A stretch of DNA of 64,000 bases from Rhizobium sp. Q54 (GTDB lineage: Bacteria; Pseudomonadota; Alphaproteobacteria; Rickettsiales; UBA1997), in the NCBI GenBank assembly GCA_945875865.1, contig CAMCMF010000003.1, forward strand, positions 8,418 to 72,417, in the 5' to 3' direction. Below are positions 36,995-45,598 of the stretch, one piece after another. A model generated the notes under the pieces. It made no database searches. It worked only from the letters and a program-made list of their open reading frames with translations, and was not told the origin of the DNA. The first letter of the stretch is position 1. Every line of letters starts with the position of its first letter. The position numbers and the translations under genes are program-made.

Positions 36995-37848
36995 AACGAG
37001 CATTTTCTCTCATCGAACTTTCAGTCGTAATTCTAATCATCGGAATTTTGGTGGCAGGCGTGACGCAATCAAGTCGCTTGGTCAATCAGATGAGGCTTAA
37101 TTCAGCAAGAGCTCAAACACAAAGCTCGCCCGTTGCGGGTATTAAGGATTTGGTTTTATGGCTAGAGGCAACTAGCGAAAATAGTTTTATTACCACTGAA
37201 GCAGGAGGTGGTTCGCCACTCACGGCTTGGTATGATACTAATCCGCAAGCTGTAGTAAAAAATCATGCCACTCGCGTAACCAGTAACGCCAATGTCACTT
37301 ACGAAGATAATGCCATAAATTCTTTGCCGGGAGTTTACTTTAATGGAACTGCTGCGACTACAAGTAATCTGGCTGGAAATGTTATCACTTCACACAACAA
37401 TGCTTTTAGTTTTTTTCTAGTTTCGCGATTGACTGAAACCACTACGGGAAATTGGCGTGGCGCATTCTTCAATGGATCTTCTGGTGGTTGGGGCTATCAA
37501 AAAGACGGATTATCTCCATCGAAAAGAGATTTGGTTTTCCCCGGCGTAGTTGATTCTTACAGCACTACTAACATCACAACCAATGCAGAGTTAATTTCAG
37601 CAACTCATACCGGAACCACTACAGCTCTTTATTTAAATGGCGCTAATGAAGGCCCCTCTACAACCTCTGCCAGTATGAATTCTCCGGTATCGCAATATAT
37701 TGTTGGAAATCATGGAACAACCGGAGCAACACCTCCATGGATGGGCTATCTTTGTGAAATTATAGTTTTTGACCGCGCCTTAAAAACAGAAGAGCGCCGA
37801 GCAGTTGAAGCATATCTCGGCAAAAAATGGGGAATCAGAGTTATTTAA
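36991..37848 (+). CDS. prepilin-type N-terminal domain protein with a LamG/ConA-like C-terminal domain (paralogue 2)
   Basis: MKRA/FSLIELSVVILIIGILVAGVTQSSRLV...; C-terminus ...GYLCEIIVFDRALKTEERRAVEAYLGKKWGI; ATGA overlap with the nhaA stop. Confidence 0.6.
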   Translation: MKRAFSLIELSVVILIIGILVAGVTQSSRLVNQMRLNSARAQTQSSPVAGIKDLVLWLEATSENSFITTEAGGGSPLTAWYDTNPQAVVKNHATRVTSNANVTYEDNAINSLPGVYFNGTAATTSNLAGNVITSHNNAFSFFLVSRLTETTTGNWRGAFFNGSSGGWGYQKDGLSPSKRDLVFPGVVDSYSTTNITTNAELISATHTGTTTALYLNGANEGPSTTSASMNSPVSQYIVGNHGTTGATPPWMGYLCEIIVFDRALKTEERRAVEAYLGKKWGIRVI

Positions 37849-39190
37849 TTTTTGCAATAATTTCATCCGCAATTTTATTTATTTCTTCCAGCGATTTTCC
37901 TTCCACCATCACGCGAATTAAATTTTCAGTTCCTGATTTGCGAACTAAAATGCGTCCTTCATTTCCTAAAGTTTTTTCCTTTTCTGAGATAAATTCCTGT
38001 AGCGATTTTTCTTCAAGCGGATTTTTTTTGCCGTCAAATTTTATATTTTTTAAAACTTGCGGAAAGGCTTCGTAAAGATTCAAAACTTCGCTCACTGGTT
38101 TTTTCGATTCACAAACAACTGATAAAACTTGTAAAGCTGCTACAAGCCCGTCACCAGTGGTTGAATAGTTTGAAAGCACGATGTGACCAGATTGCTCGCC
38201 ACCAAAATTACAGCCGCTATTTTTCATTTCTTCGAGCACGTAACGATCGCCAACTTTAGTGCGAATTGTCGAAACGCCGATATAGCTCAAATAATTTTCT
38301 AAAGCGAGATTTGACATTTGCGTGATGACAACGGTGTCCTTTTTCAAATTGCCTTCGTTGTGAAGTTTTTCGGCAATTAGTGCGATGATTTTATCGCCGG
38401 AAACCGCGTGACCTTGTTCATTAACAATCAAAACACGATCTGCATCACCATCTAGTGCGATGCCAATATCAGCTTTGGTTTCGAGAACTTTATAGCAGAG
38501 AGTTTCTGGGTGAGTTGAACCACATTTTTCGTTGATGTTGAAGCCATTTGGCTCGGTTCCAATCTCAATTACTTCGGCGCCTAATTCGCGAAAAATTGTT
38601 GGTGCCATGGCGTAAGAAGAGCCGTTGGCGCAATCGACAACAATTTTCAAACCGCTGAGAGTTTTATCTTTTGGGAAGGAGTTTTTTACGAATTCAATGT
38701 AGCGACCGCGAGCATCTTCCAATCTTTTTACGCGACCAAGATTTTCTGATGTAGCCAAGTGAGCAGTGATGTCGCCATCAATCATTTTTTCGATTTCCAA
38801 TTCAACTTCATCAGAAAGTTTGTGACCTTCATTATCAAAAATTTTAATGCCATTATCGTAGTAAGGATTGTGTGAAGCGGAAATCATGATGCCGATATCA
38901 GCGCGAAGAGAGCGCGTCAGCATTGAAACTGCAGGAGTTGGAACGGGACCAACTAAAAACACATCCATGCCTACAGCCGCAAAACCAGCGGTGAGGGCGG
39001 GTTCAATTACGTAACCAGAAAGTCGAGTATCTTTTCCGATAACGACACGATGGCGATGATTGCCATTAGTGAATTGCGCCCCAAATTTTACGCCAACTGC
39101 CATGCCGATTTTAAGCGCGATTTCCGCAGTCATGGGAAATTTATTTACTGTGCCGCGAATACCGTCAGTGCCGAAATATTTTTTGTTCAT
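37841..39190 (-). CDS. glmM: phosphoglucosamine mutase
   Basis: YFGTDGIRG..., active site SASHNPYYDNGIK, LDGDADR. Confidence 0.9.
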   Translation of the reverse strand: MNKKYFGTDGIRGTVNKFPMTAEIALKIGMAVGVKFGAQFTNGNHRHRVVIGKDTRLSGYVIEPALTAGFAAVGMDVFLVGPVPTPAVSMLTRSLRADIGIMISASHNPYYDNGIKIFDNEGHKLSDEVELEIEKMIDGDITAHLATSENLGRVKRLEDARGRYIEFVKNSFPKDKTLSGLKIVVDCANGSSYAMAPTIFRELGAEVIEIGTEPNGFNINEKCGSTHPETLCYKVLETKADIGIALDGDADRVLIVNEQGHAVSGDKIIALIAEKLHNEGNLKKDTVVITQMSNLALENYLSYIGVSTIRTKVGDRYVLEEMKNSGCNFGGEQSGHIVLSNYSTTGDGLVAALQVLSVVCESKKPVSEVLNLYEAFPQVLKNIKFDGKKNPLEEKSLQEFISEKEKTLGNEGRILVRKSGTENLIRVMVEGKSLEEINKIADEIIAKIK

Positions 39191-39217
39191 TGTGGTCTGA
39201 TTATTTTATTCAAATTC

Positions 39218-39297
39218 GTCATCCTTGAAGACGGAGTCTTTGAGGATCTCGTGAAATAAAACTCCTGAGATCCTCGAGCCTTTGGCTCAAGGATGAC
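39218..39297. repeat. palindromic repeat, family C
   Basis: GTCATCCTTGAAGACGGAGTCTTTGAGGATCTC...GAGATCCTCGAGCCTTTGGCTCAAGGATGAC. Confidence 0.8.
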
Positions 39298-39311
39298 GAG
39301 TTTTGATTAAT

Positions 39312-41018
39312 TTACTTTATTAAATTCTTCAAAACTTCAATAGCCTGCGGAATCCCTTCTTTATTAACTCCGCCACCCATAGCGAAATCTTTTTTCCCGC
39401 CACCACCTTTGCCACCGATTTCAAGAATCATCGGCATAAGAAGTTTTGTGGCGTCAAATTTATCAAGCGATTTTGCAGCAACTGCCACGCAAATTGACAC
39501 CTTGTCATCTTTAGTTCCAAAGAGCGCAACCACGTCTGATTTTTTTATTAATTCATTGGCAATATCACGCAAAGCGCCGGCATCAACATCTTCAAAATGA
39601 TGAGCTAAAACTGCGCAGCCATTAATATCGCACGCTTGCAGCTTGTCTAAATTAGCCAGCAGAGTTTGTTTTTTCAGACGCTCAATTTCCTTGTCTTGCT
39701 TCTTCAAAGTTTCTTCGAGAAGTAATTTTTTTGATTCTTCCTCTTTTTTTACTAAATATTCTTTTACGGCAACCGAGCTTACAGCTGTGATTCTTCTGAT
39801 TCCAGAAGCGATGCTTTTTTCAGAAATGATTTTAAAAATTTCAATATCTGCAGTATTTTTAACGTGAGTTCCGCCGCAAAGTTCAACCGAATTTCCCATC
39901 TTTACGACACGAACTTCTGAATCATATTTTTCACCAAACAAAGCTTCTGCCCCAGTTTCACGAGCTTGATTTAAATCCATCAAATTAGTGCTCACGACTC
40001 CACTATTTTTGATTTGCGCATTCACCAAATCTTCAACTTTTTTGATTTCATCCGCAGTCATGGCGCGGTTAAAATTGAAGTCGAAAGTGAAGCCATCGAA
40101 ATCAACATTCGAACCTTTTTGTGAAATAGAATTTCCCAAAACTTCTTTCAAAGCTTTATGCATTAAATGCGTTGCAGAGTGATTGACAGCACGGCTTTGT
40201 CGGGTTTGAGGATTTACTTCTGCAGTAACTTCATCACCAACTTTCAAATCGCATTTTTGATCGCTAAAAAAATGTGCAAACAATCCACCAGCGAATTTTT
40301 TTGTTTCATAAATTTCAACATCAGCAATTTTTCCATCATCACCTTTTTGTCCGCCGGAAGTAGCATAAAACGGTGTTTGATCGAGAATTAAAAAATTTGA
40401 ATAAACCGCTAAAACTTTCGCTTCTGCACTCAAATTTTCGTAACCCAAAAATTTCGTTTCGCCAAATTTTTCTTTGAGATCAAAAAATATTTTATCATCA
40501 GAAACTTCGCCAGATCCTTTCCAATTGGCCTTCGCGCGTTCACGTTGCAATTCCATCTCGCGATTAAATTCTTCAACATCAACTTCGAGATTTTTTTCTT
40601 TTAGAATATCTTGCGTGAGATCAAGCGGAAAACCAAAAGTGTCATAAAGCTTGAAAGCAATAGCGCCGGAAAATTTTTCACCTTTTATTTTGGCCATTTC
40701 TTCTTCCAAAATTTTCAAACCCTTTTCCAAAGTTTCGCGGAATTTTTCTTCTTCGTTTTTTAATGTTTCGATAATCACGTCGCGCGCTCTTCCTAATTCC
40801 GGATAAGCGGCGCCCATTTCTCTAATCAAGCCATCAACTAATTTATACATTGAAGCGTCAGAAGCTCCTAACTTGTGAAGCTGGCGCATCGCTCGGCGCA
40901 TGATGCGGCGTAAAACATAACCTCTGCCTTCATTGCTTGGCAAAACACCATCGGCAACTAAAAAACAAGAAGAGCGCAAGTGATCGGCGATGATTTTTAA
41001 TTCTGGTTTTACTGACAT
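39312..41018 (-). CDS. alaS: alanyl-tRNA synthetase, C-terminal fragment (tRNA-recognition, editing and C-Ala/DHHA1 regions)
   Basis: MSVKPELKIIADHLRSSCFLVADGVLPSNEGRGYVLRRIMRRA..., editing HSATHLMH...CGGTHV, C-terminal GGGGKKDFAMGGG; start taken at ATG 41018 because the listed extension reads through repeat B. Confidence 0.85.
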   Translation of the reverse strand: MSVKPELKIIADHLRSSCFLVADGVLPSNEGRGYVLRRIMRRAMRQLHKLGASDASMYKLVDGLIREMGAAYPELGRARDVIIETLKNEEEKFRETLEKGLKILEEEMAKIKGEKFSGAIAFKLYDTFGFPLDLTQDILKEKNLEVDVEEFNREMELQRERAKANWKGSGEVSDDKIFFDLKEKFGETKFLGYENLSAEAKVLAVYSNFLILDQTPFYATSGGQKGDDGKIADVEIYETKKFAGGLFAHFFSDQKCDLKVGDEVTAEVNPQTRQSRAVNHSATHLMHKALKEVLGNSISQKGSNVDFDGFTFDFNFNRAMTADEIKKVEDLVNAQIKNSGVVSTNLMDLNQARETGAEALFGEKYDSEVRVVKMGNSVELCGGTHVKNTADIEIFKIISEKSIASGIRRITAVSSVAVKEYLVKKEEESKKLLLEETLKKQDKEIERLKKQTLLANLDKLQACDINGCAVLAHHFEDVDAGALRDIANELIKKSDVVALFGTKDDKVSICVAVAAKSLDKFDATKLLMPMILEIGGKGGGGKKDFAMGGGVNKEGIPQAIEVLKNLIK

Positions 41019-41033
41019 AGATTTTTTTAAAAA

Positions 41034-41120
41034 GATGGACCCCGTCATGAAGAAGGGGTGACAAATTGAGAAGGTAATTCGTGCCACGCAAGTTGTCACC
41101 CCGTCGCATGACGGGGCCAT
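41034..41120. repeat. palindromic hairpin-doublet repeat, family B
   Basis: GATGGACCCCGTCATGAAGAAGGGGTGAC...GTCACCCCGTCGCATGACGGGGCCAT, between the rnj stop and the alaS C-fragment start. Confidence 0.85.
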
Positions 41121-41127
41121 AAACTAA

Positions 41128-42873
41128 CTAACTTACTAAATTAATTGCTATTTCCATCGCTGGTCTTTTTCCCATCAAATCTTCAAAAATTTTCAGCATT
41201 TTTGAACGCAGAGCTTTTTCAACTTCACCAAGGATTTTTGTTTCGTTCAAATTCTTTTTCTTATTTTTCTTTTGCAAAAAGCGCATGCCAAATCCGCTGT
41301 TCAAATCAAGTTCTTTGGCCTTGTGTTTGAGGAACATTTGAATTTCTTTTTTGATCATGTCTTCTGCTTCGCGATCATTTTTTAGATCATAAGAACCGAT
41401 GCAAAATATGCGGATTTTTGAAAGTAGATTCAGGGAATCATTAACTGCGAAAGAGATGCTGACGATGCCGCTAAGTTGTAATTTTTTACGTTCGCGAATC
41501 ACTTCACCTTTAAAATCAAGTAGCTGTTTTCCATCAACTCCAAAATAGCCGACTTTTACAGAACCAACTTGTTGCGAATTCATCGGATTTTCTGCGTCGA
41601 TTTTCACCGCCATGCCATTTTCAATTTGGATGGTGCGTTGCACGCCACAGCTGGCTGCGAGCTCACAGTGAGTTTTGGTGTGAATGAATTCGCCGTGAAC
41701 TGGAATGGCGATTTTTGGTTGAGCTAACGCATACATTTCGCGAAGTTCATCTTGCGAAGGATGGCCAGAAACGTGAACGAAGTGATCTTTTTCGGTCATC
41801 ACATCAATTTGTTTTTTAGCTAATTCGTCAAAAAGTTCGAAGATTTTTTTCTCATTTCCGGGAATAATTTTTGAGGAGAAAATTACTAAATCACCTTTGG
41901 TAAAACGAATTGTTGGATGAATATCGGTAGCGATTTTGCGAGTTGCAGCATTGGGCTCGCCTTGGCAGCCAGTTGAGATTACAAGGATTTCGCTTTTTTT
42001 ATAAAACTTCATTTCGCGATCAGAAATGAACTCAAAATTTTCGGTGAAATATCCACTTTTTTTACCAACTTCGTGAAGGCGATGAAGTGAAAAACCGGCG
42101 AGAACAATTTTACGTCCGACCTCTTTTGCGATGCGGCAAATGGTGTGAACCCGCGCGATGTTTGAAGCGAAAGTTGTAACGCCGACTAAACCTTGTCGAC
42201 CAACAATTAGTTTTTTTAGTGATTCGTGAAGCTCGCCTTCTGATCTGGAATGGCCTTCGGATAGCGCGTTTGTTGAATCGCAGATTACTGCGGTAATTTC
42301 GCCTAGGTCGCCGTAAGCTTTAATTTTTTCTTTTTCCGAAACATTTCCGATGATTGGATCTGGATCGAATTTCCAATCTCCAGTGTGTAAAACATTTCCT
42401 TTTTCCGTGCGAATCATCAAAGCCTGCATTTCAGGAACCGAGTGGGTGAGGCCGATAAATTCGATTTTGAAAGGTTTTAAATCGAGCTCTTTTGAACCGT
42501 CGATGACGTGGATTGGAACTTTTTTATTGAGTTTATATTCCTCCAATTTGGTGCGCAAAAAATTGGCGCCAAAGTTGGTGGCATAAACCGGCGCGCCTAA
42601 TTCTTCCCACAAATATTGAATCGCACCCATGTGATCTTCGTGGATGTGAGTGAGGATAATTCCGACTAAATTGTGGCGATGGGCTTTGATGAAGGAAATA
42701 TCGGCTGTCATCATGTCGACGCCTGGAATGTCGTAAGCAAATCCGACACCGCAATCAACCATCAGCCATTTGCCGTTGAGTTGGTAGAGATTGACATTCA
42801 TCCCGATTTCATTGGCGCCGCCAAGGGGGAGAAAAAGGAGATCGTCGAAATGTTTTTTTAAGTTTAGTTCCAT
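41128..42873 (-). CDS. rnj: ribonuclease J
   Basis: Metallo-beta-lactamase motif THIHEDHMG, beta-CASP region, about 580 aa; start at ATG 42873 (MELNLKK). Confidence 0.85.
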   Translation of the reverse strand: MELNLKKHFDDLLFLPLGGANEIGMNVNLYQLNGKWLMVDCGVGFAYDIPGVDMMTADISFIKAHRHNLVGIILTHIHEDHMGAIQYLWEELGAPVYATNFGANFLRTKLEEYKLNKKVPIHVIDGSKELDLKPFKIEFIGLTHSVPEMQALMIRTEKGNVLHTGDWKFDPDPIIGNVSEKEKIKAYGDLGEITAVICDSTNALSEGHSRSEGELHESLKKLIVGRQGLVGVTTFASNIARVHTICRIAKEVGRKIVLAGFSLHRLHEVGKKSGYFTENFEFISDREMKFYKKSEILVISTGCQGEPNAATRKIATDIHPTIRFTKGDLVIFSSKIIPGNEKKIFELFDELAKKQIDVMTEKDHFVHVSGHPSQDELREMYALAQPKIAIPVHGEFIHTKTHCELAASCGVQRTIQIENGMAVKIDAENPMNSQQVGSVKVGYFGVDGKQLLDFKGEVIRERKKLQLSGIVSISFAVNDSLNLLSKIRIFCIGSYDLKNDREAEDMIKKEIQMFLKHKAKELDLNSGFGMRFLQKKNKKKNLNETKILGEVEKALRSKMLKIFEDLMGKRPAMEIAINLVS

Positions 42874-42889
42874 CTGTTTTTGTTTTTTA

Positions 42890-43013
42890 ACCCTCTTTGA
42901 AAAAGAGGGTGGCATCGCGTAAGCGATGACGGGTGATTTTGGTAAAACGAATTCTTAATTTAAGAAATCCTCCGACCTCGCTAACGCTCGGCCACCTCCT
43001 TTGTTAAAGGAGG
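42890..43013. repeat. composite palindromic repeat, family D
   Basis: CCCTCTTTGAAAAAGAGGGTGGC...AAATCCTCCGACCTCGCTAACGCTCGGCCACCTCCTTTGTTAAAGGAGG; overlaps the last codons of coaX. Confidence 0.75.
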
Positions 43014-43789
43014 TTTTCCTCATAAACCACTCTCAAGCCTGTAAGCGTAAGATTTGGTTCATGATGTTGAATTGAATTTTTTAGAGCATCTTTAAAAATT
43101 TCTGCCAATCCGCCTGTAATGATGCAGGTAGTTTTATGTCCAAGTTCGGCTTCGATTTTAGAAATCATTCCTTCAACAAGCGAGATATATCCGAAGTAAA
43201 CTCCAGAATTCATCGCTTCAGCGGTGCTTTTTCCGATAACATTTTTTTGTTGTTTGATGGTGATGCGTGGCAATTGCGCAGTCATGTCGTGCAGAGCTTT
43301 TAGCGATAAATTAATTCCCGGAGAAATTACGCCGCCAAGATATTCGCCATTTTTTCCAATCACATCGAAAGTAGTCGCAGTGCCAAAGTCGATGATGATG
43401 AGATCGCCACCAAATTTTTTATAACCGGCGATCGCGTTGATTAAGCGATCGTGACCAACTTCATTTTTATTTTTTAATTGAATTTCAATATTTAAACGGG
43501 TTTTTTTTTCGCCAACAATCATAATTTTTGTGGCGATATCTTCGTTTAAAAACTTTTTTACCGCTTCACTTATTCGGGTGGTAAGCATAGGAACTACTGA
43601 GGCGATGATGCATCCGTTAAATCGCAAACAATCTATTTTATCGGTGAGAAAAAGTTCGATAATATCGACCGCATAATCATCGACGGATTTTTTCATATCA
43701 CTAACCAAGCGCCATTGTTTGGTTAGTTTTTTTTCATCAAAAAGTCCGATGGTGATGTTGGTATTTCCGATGTCGAAAGTGAGAAGCAT
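43004..43789 (-). CDS. coaX: type III pantothenate kinase
   Basis: MLLTFDIGNTNITIGLF...IIDFGTATTFD... Confidence 0.85.
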   Translation of the reverse strand: MLLTFDIGNTNITIGLFDEKKLTKQWRLVSDMKKSVDDYAVDIIELFLTDKIDCLRFNGCIIASVVPMLTTRISEAVKKFLNEDIATKIMIVGEKKTRLNIEIQLKNKNEVGHDRLINAIAGYKKFGGDLIIIDFGTATTFDVIGKNGEYLGGVISPGINLSLKALHDMTAQLPRITIKQQKNVIGKSTAEAMNSGVYFGYISLVEGMISKIEAELGHKTTCIITGGLAEIFKDALKNSIQHHEPNLTLTGLRVVYEENLL

Positions 43790-43790
43790 C

Positions 43791-44993
43791 TTAGTTTAAT
43801 TTTGCGCAGGCATCAGCAATTCGCTGCATGGCATTTTTCAAAAATTCTTCGCTGGCAGTGTAGGAGATTCTAAAAAATCCTGGGGCGCCAAAAGCGATTC
43901 CTGGAACAACGGCGACTAAAGCTTCTTCTAATAAATAAGTAGCAAAATCGCTGTCATTTTCGATCACTTTTCCGGCAGGAGTTTTTTTGCCGTTAAGTCC
44001 AGAGCATGAAGGGAAAACATAAAAAGCGCCGTTAGGAATATTGCAGGAAATTCCGTCAATTGCATTGAGCATTCCGGCAACTAAATCGCGACGTTTTTGG
44101 AAAATTTCGGCATTCGGTTTGATGTAACTTTGTGTGCCAATCAATGCTTCAACTGATGCAGCTTGTGAAATTGAGCAAGGTGAAGAAGTGCTTTGTGATT
44201 GAATCATCGACATTGCTTTGATTAATTTTTCATCGCCGGCGCCGTAACCAATTCTCCAACCAGTCATTGAGTAAGCTTTGGAAACGCCGTTTATGATCAA
44301 AGTGCGACTTTTTAATTTTGGTTCAATTGCGGCGATAGTAGAAAATTTTAGGCCGTCAAAAATCAAATGTTCGTAAATATCGTCAGTCATGATATGAACT
44401 TGTGGATGGCGTAATAAAACTTCCGCCAAAGCTGCAAGATCCTTCTCGTTGTAGCATGATCCTGTTGGATTGCTTGGAGAATTTAAAATTAACCATTTGG
44501 TTTTTGGCGTGATTTTTTCTTCCAAAGATCTTGGTGTGATTTTGAAATTATTTTTTTCTGATGAATCAACGATTACTGGTTTTCCGCCAGCAAGCAAAAC
44601 CATGTCCGGATAAGAAACCCAGTAAGGTGCAGGAATAATAACTTCATCTAGTGGGTTAAGACTCGCAACGAGAGAATTGTAAATAACTTGCTTGGCGCCG
44701 CCAGAAACAACGATTTCTGAAGCTTTATATTCCAGAGAATTTTCGCGTTTGAATTTTTCGATGATGGCTTTTTTAAGTGCTGCAGTTCCGTCAACGGCGG
44801 TATATTTTGTATCACCTTTTTTAATCGCGGCAATCGCGGCGTCTTTAATATTTTCCGGAGTATCAAAATCTGGTTCGCCCATGCCGAGGGAAATTATATC
44901 CTTGCCAGAAGCTTTGAGCTCTGCGGCTTTCATCGATATTGCGATTGTTGGGGAAGGCTTGATGTTAGAAAGAGAATTTGCGAGAAAAGACAT
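43791..44993 (-). CDS. aspartate aminotransferase (class I)
   Basis: ...LGMGEPDFDTP...NPSNPTG...SKAYSMTGWRIGY (PLP-Lys motif). Confidence 0.85.
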   Translation of the reverse strand: MSFLANSLSNIKPSPTIAISMKAAELKASGKDIISLGMGEPDFDTPENIKDAAIAAIKKGDTKYTAVDGTAALKKAIIEKFKRENSLEYKASEIVVSGGAKQVIYNSLVASLNPLDEVIIPAPYWVSYPDMVLLAGGKPVIVDSSEKNNFKITPRSLEEKITPKTKWLILNSPSNPTGSCYNEKDLAALAEVLLRHPQVHIMTDDIYEHLIFDGLKFSTIAAIEPKLKSRTLIINGVSKAYSMTGWRIGYGAGDEKLIKAMSMIQSQSTSSPCSISQAASVEALIGTQSYIKPNAEIFQKRRDLVAGMLNAIDGISCNIPNGAFYVFPSCSGLNGKKTPAGKVIENDSDFATYLLEEALVAVVPGIAFGAPGFFRISYTASEEFLKNAMQRIADACAKLN

Positions 44994-45099
44994 AGAAATT
45001 ACGAATTAGGAGTTGGCAATTGAAGCGTTGACTTTTTTGGAGGGCCCGCGTTTTATGTGCGCTCTCCCACTTGTCAAACAAATACTCATTTTAAAAAAC

Positions 45100-45396
45100 A
45101 TGTCAGGTTCAATCGGCACCGATTCGCTATTTCTAGGTCTAACGCGTCCCCCAATGTTGCTTGGTGTGAGTTATACTTTTGCCGCGTTAAATGGCATCGT
45201 TTCGCTACTTGCTTTCGTGATCACTAGTAAATTTTTCTACCTTTTGATTTTGCTCCCCGGCTTACATTTAATGGGCTGGTTCATCTGTTTGAAAGAGCCG
45301 CGAGCGATTGAACTTTTTATCGCGCGGATGTCGAAATGTAATGTTTGTCGGAATAGATATTATCACAGCGGCACTAACTCGTACGACGTATACTAA
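45100..45396 (+). CDS. virB3: type IV secretion system protein VirB3-like
   Basis: 98 aa; ...DSLFLGLTRPPMLLGVSY... (the VirB3/TrbD LTRP motif), two TM helices, C-terminus ...RNRYYHSGTNSYDVY; start at ATG 45100. Confidence 0.6.
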   Translation: MSGSIGTDSLFLGLTRPPMLLGVSYTFAALNGIVSLLAFVITSKFFYLLILLPGLHLMGWFICLKEPRAIELFIARMSKCNVCRNRYYHSGTNSYDVY

Positions 45397-45471
45397 TAAT
45401 TTCGAAGCGCTGGACCGTATCGCTGGAGGGGATTTGTAATCCCGTCCTGCAATTGAGAGATTTTAATTTTA

Positions 45472-45501
45472 AATCGGATGAATTTTCATCCGATTTTTTT
45501 A
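45472..45501 (+). terminator. rho-independent terminator after virB3
   Basis: AATCGGATGAATTTTCATCCGATT followed by a T7 run. Confidence 0.6.
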
Positions 45502-45516
45502 TTGGTTTTTTAGTTT

Positions 45517-45581
45517 GTCATCCCCGCGAAAGCGGGGATCCAGACTTTTAGAAACTGGATCCCCGCTTTCGCGGGGATGAC
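45517..45581. repeat. palindromic hairpin-doublet repeat, family A (outward arrangement)
   Basis: GTCATCCCCGCGAAAGCGGGGATCCAG - 17 nt - CTGGATCCCCGCTTTCGCGGGGATGAC. Confidence 0.9.
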
Positions 45582-45598
45582 AAACTGAAAATAATTTT

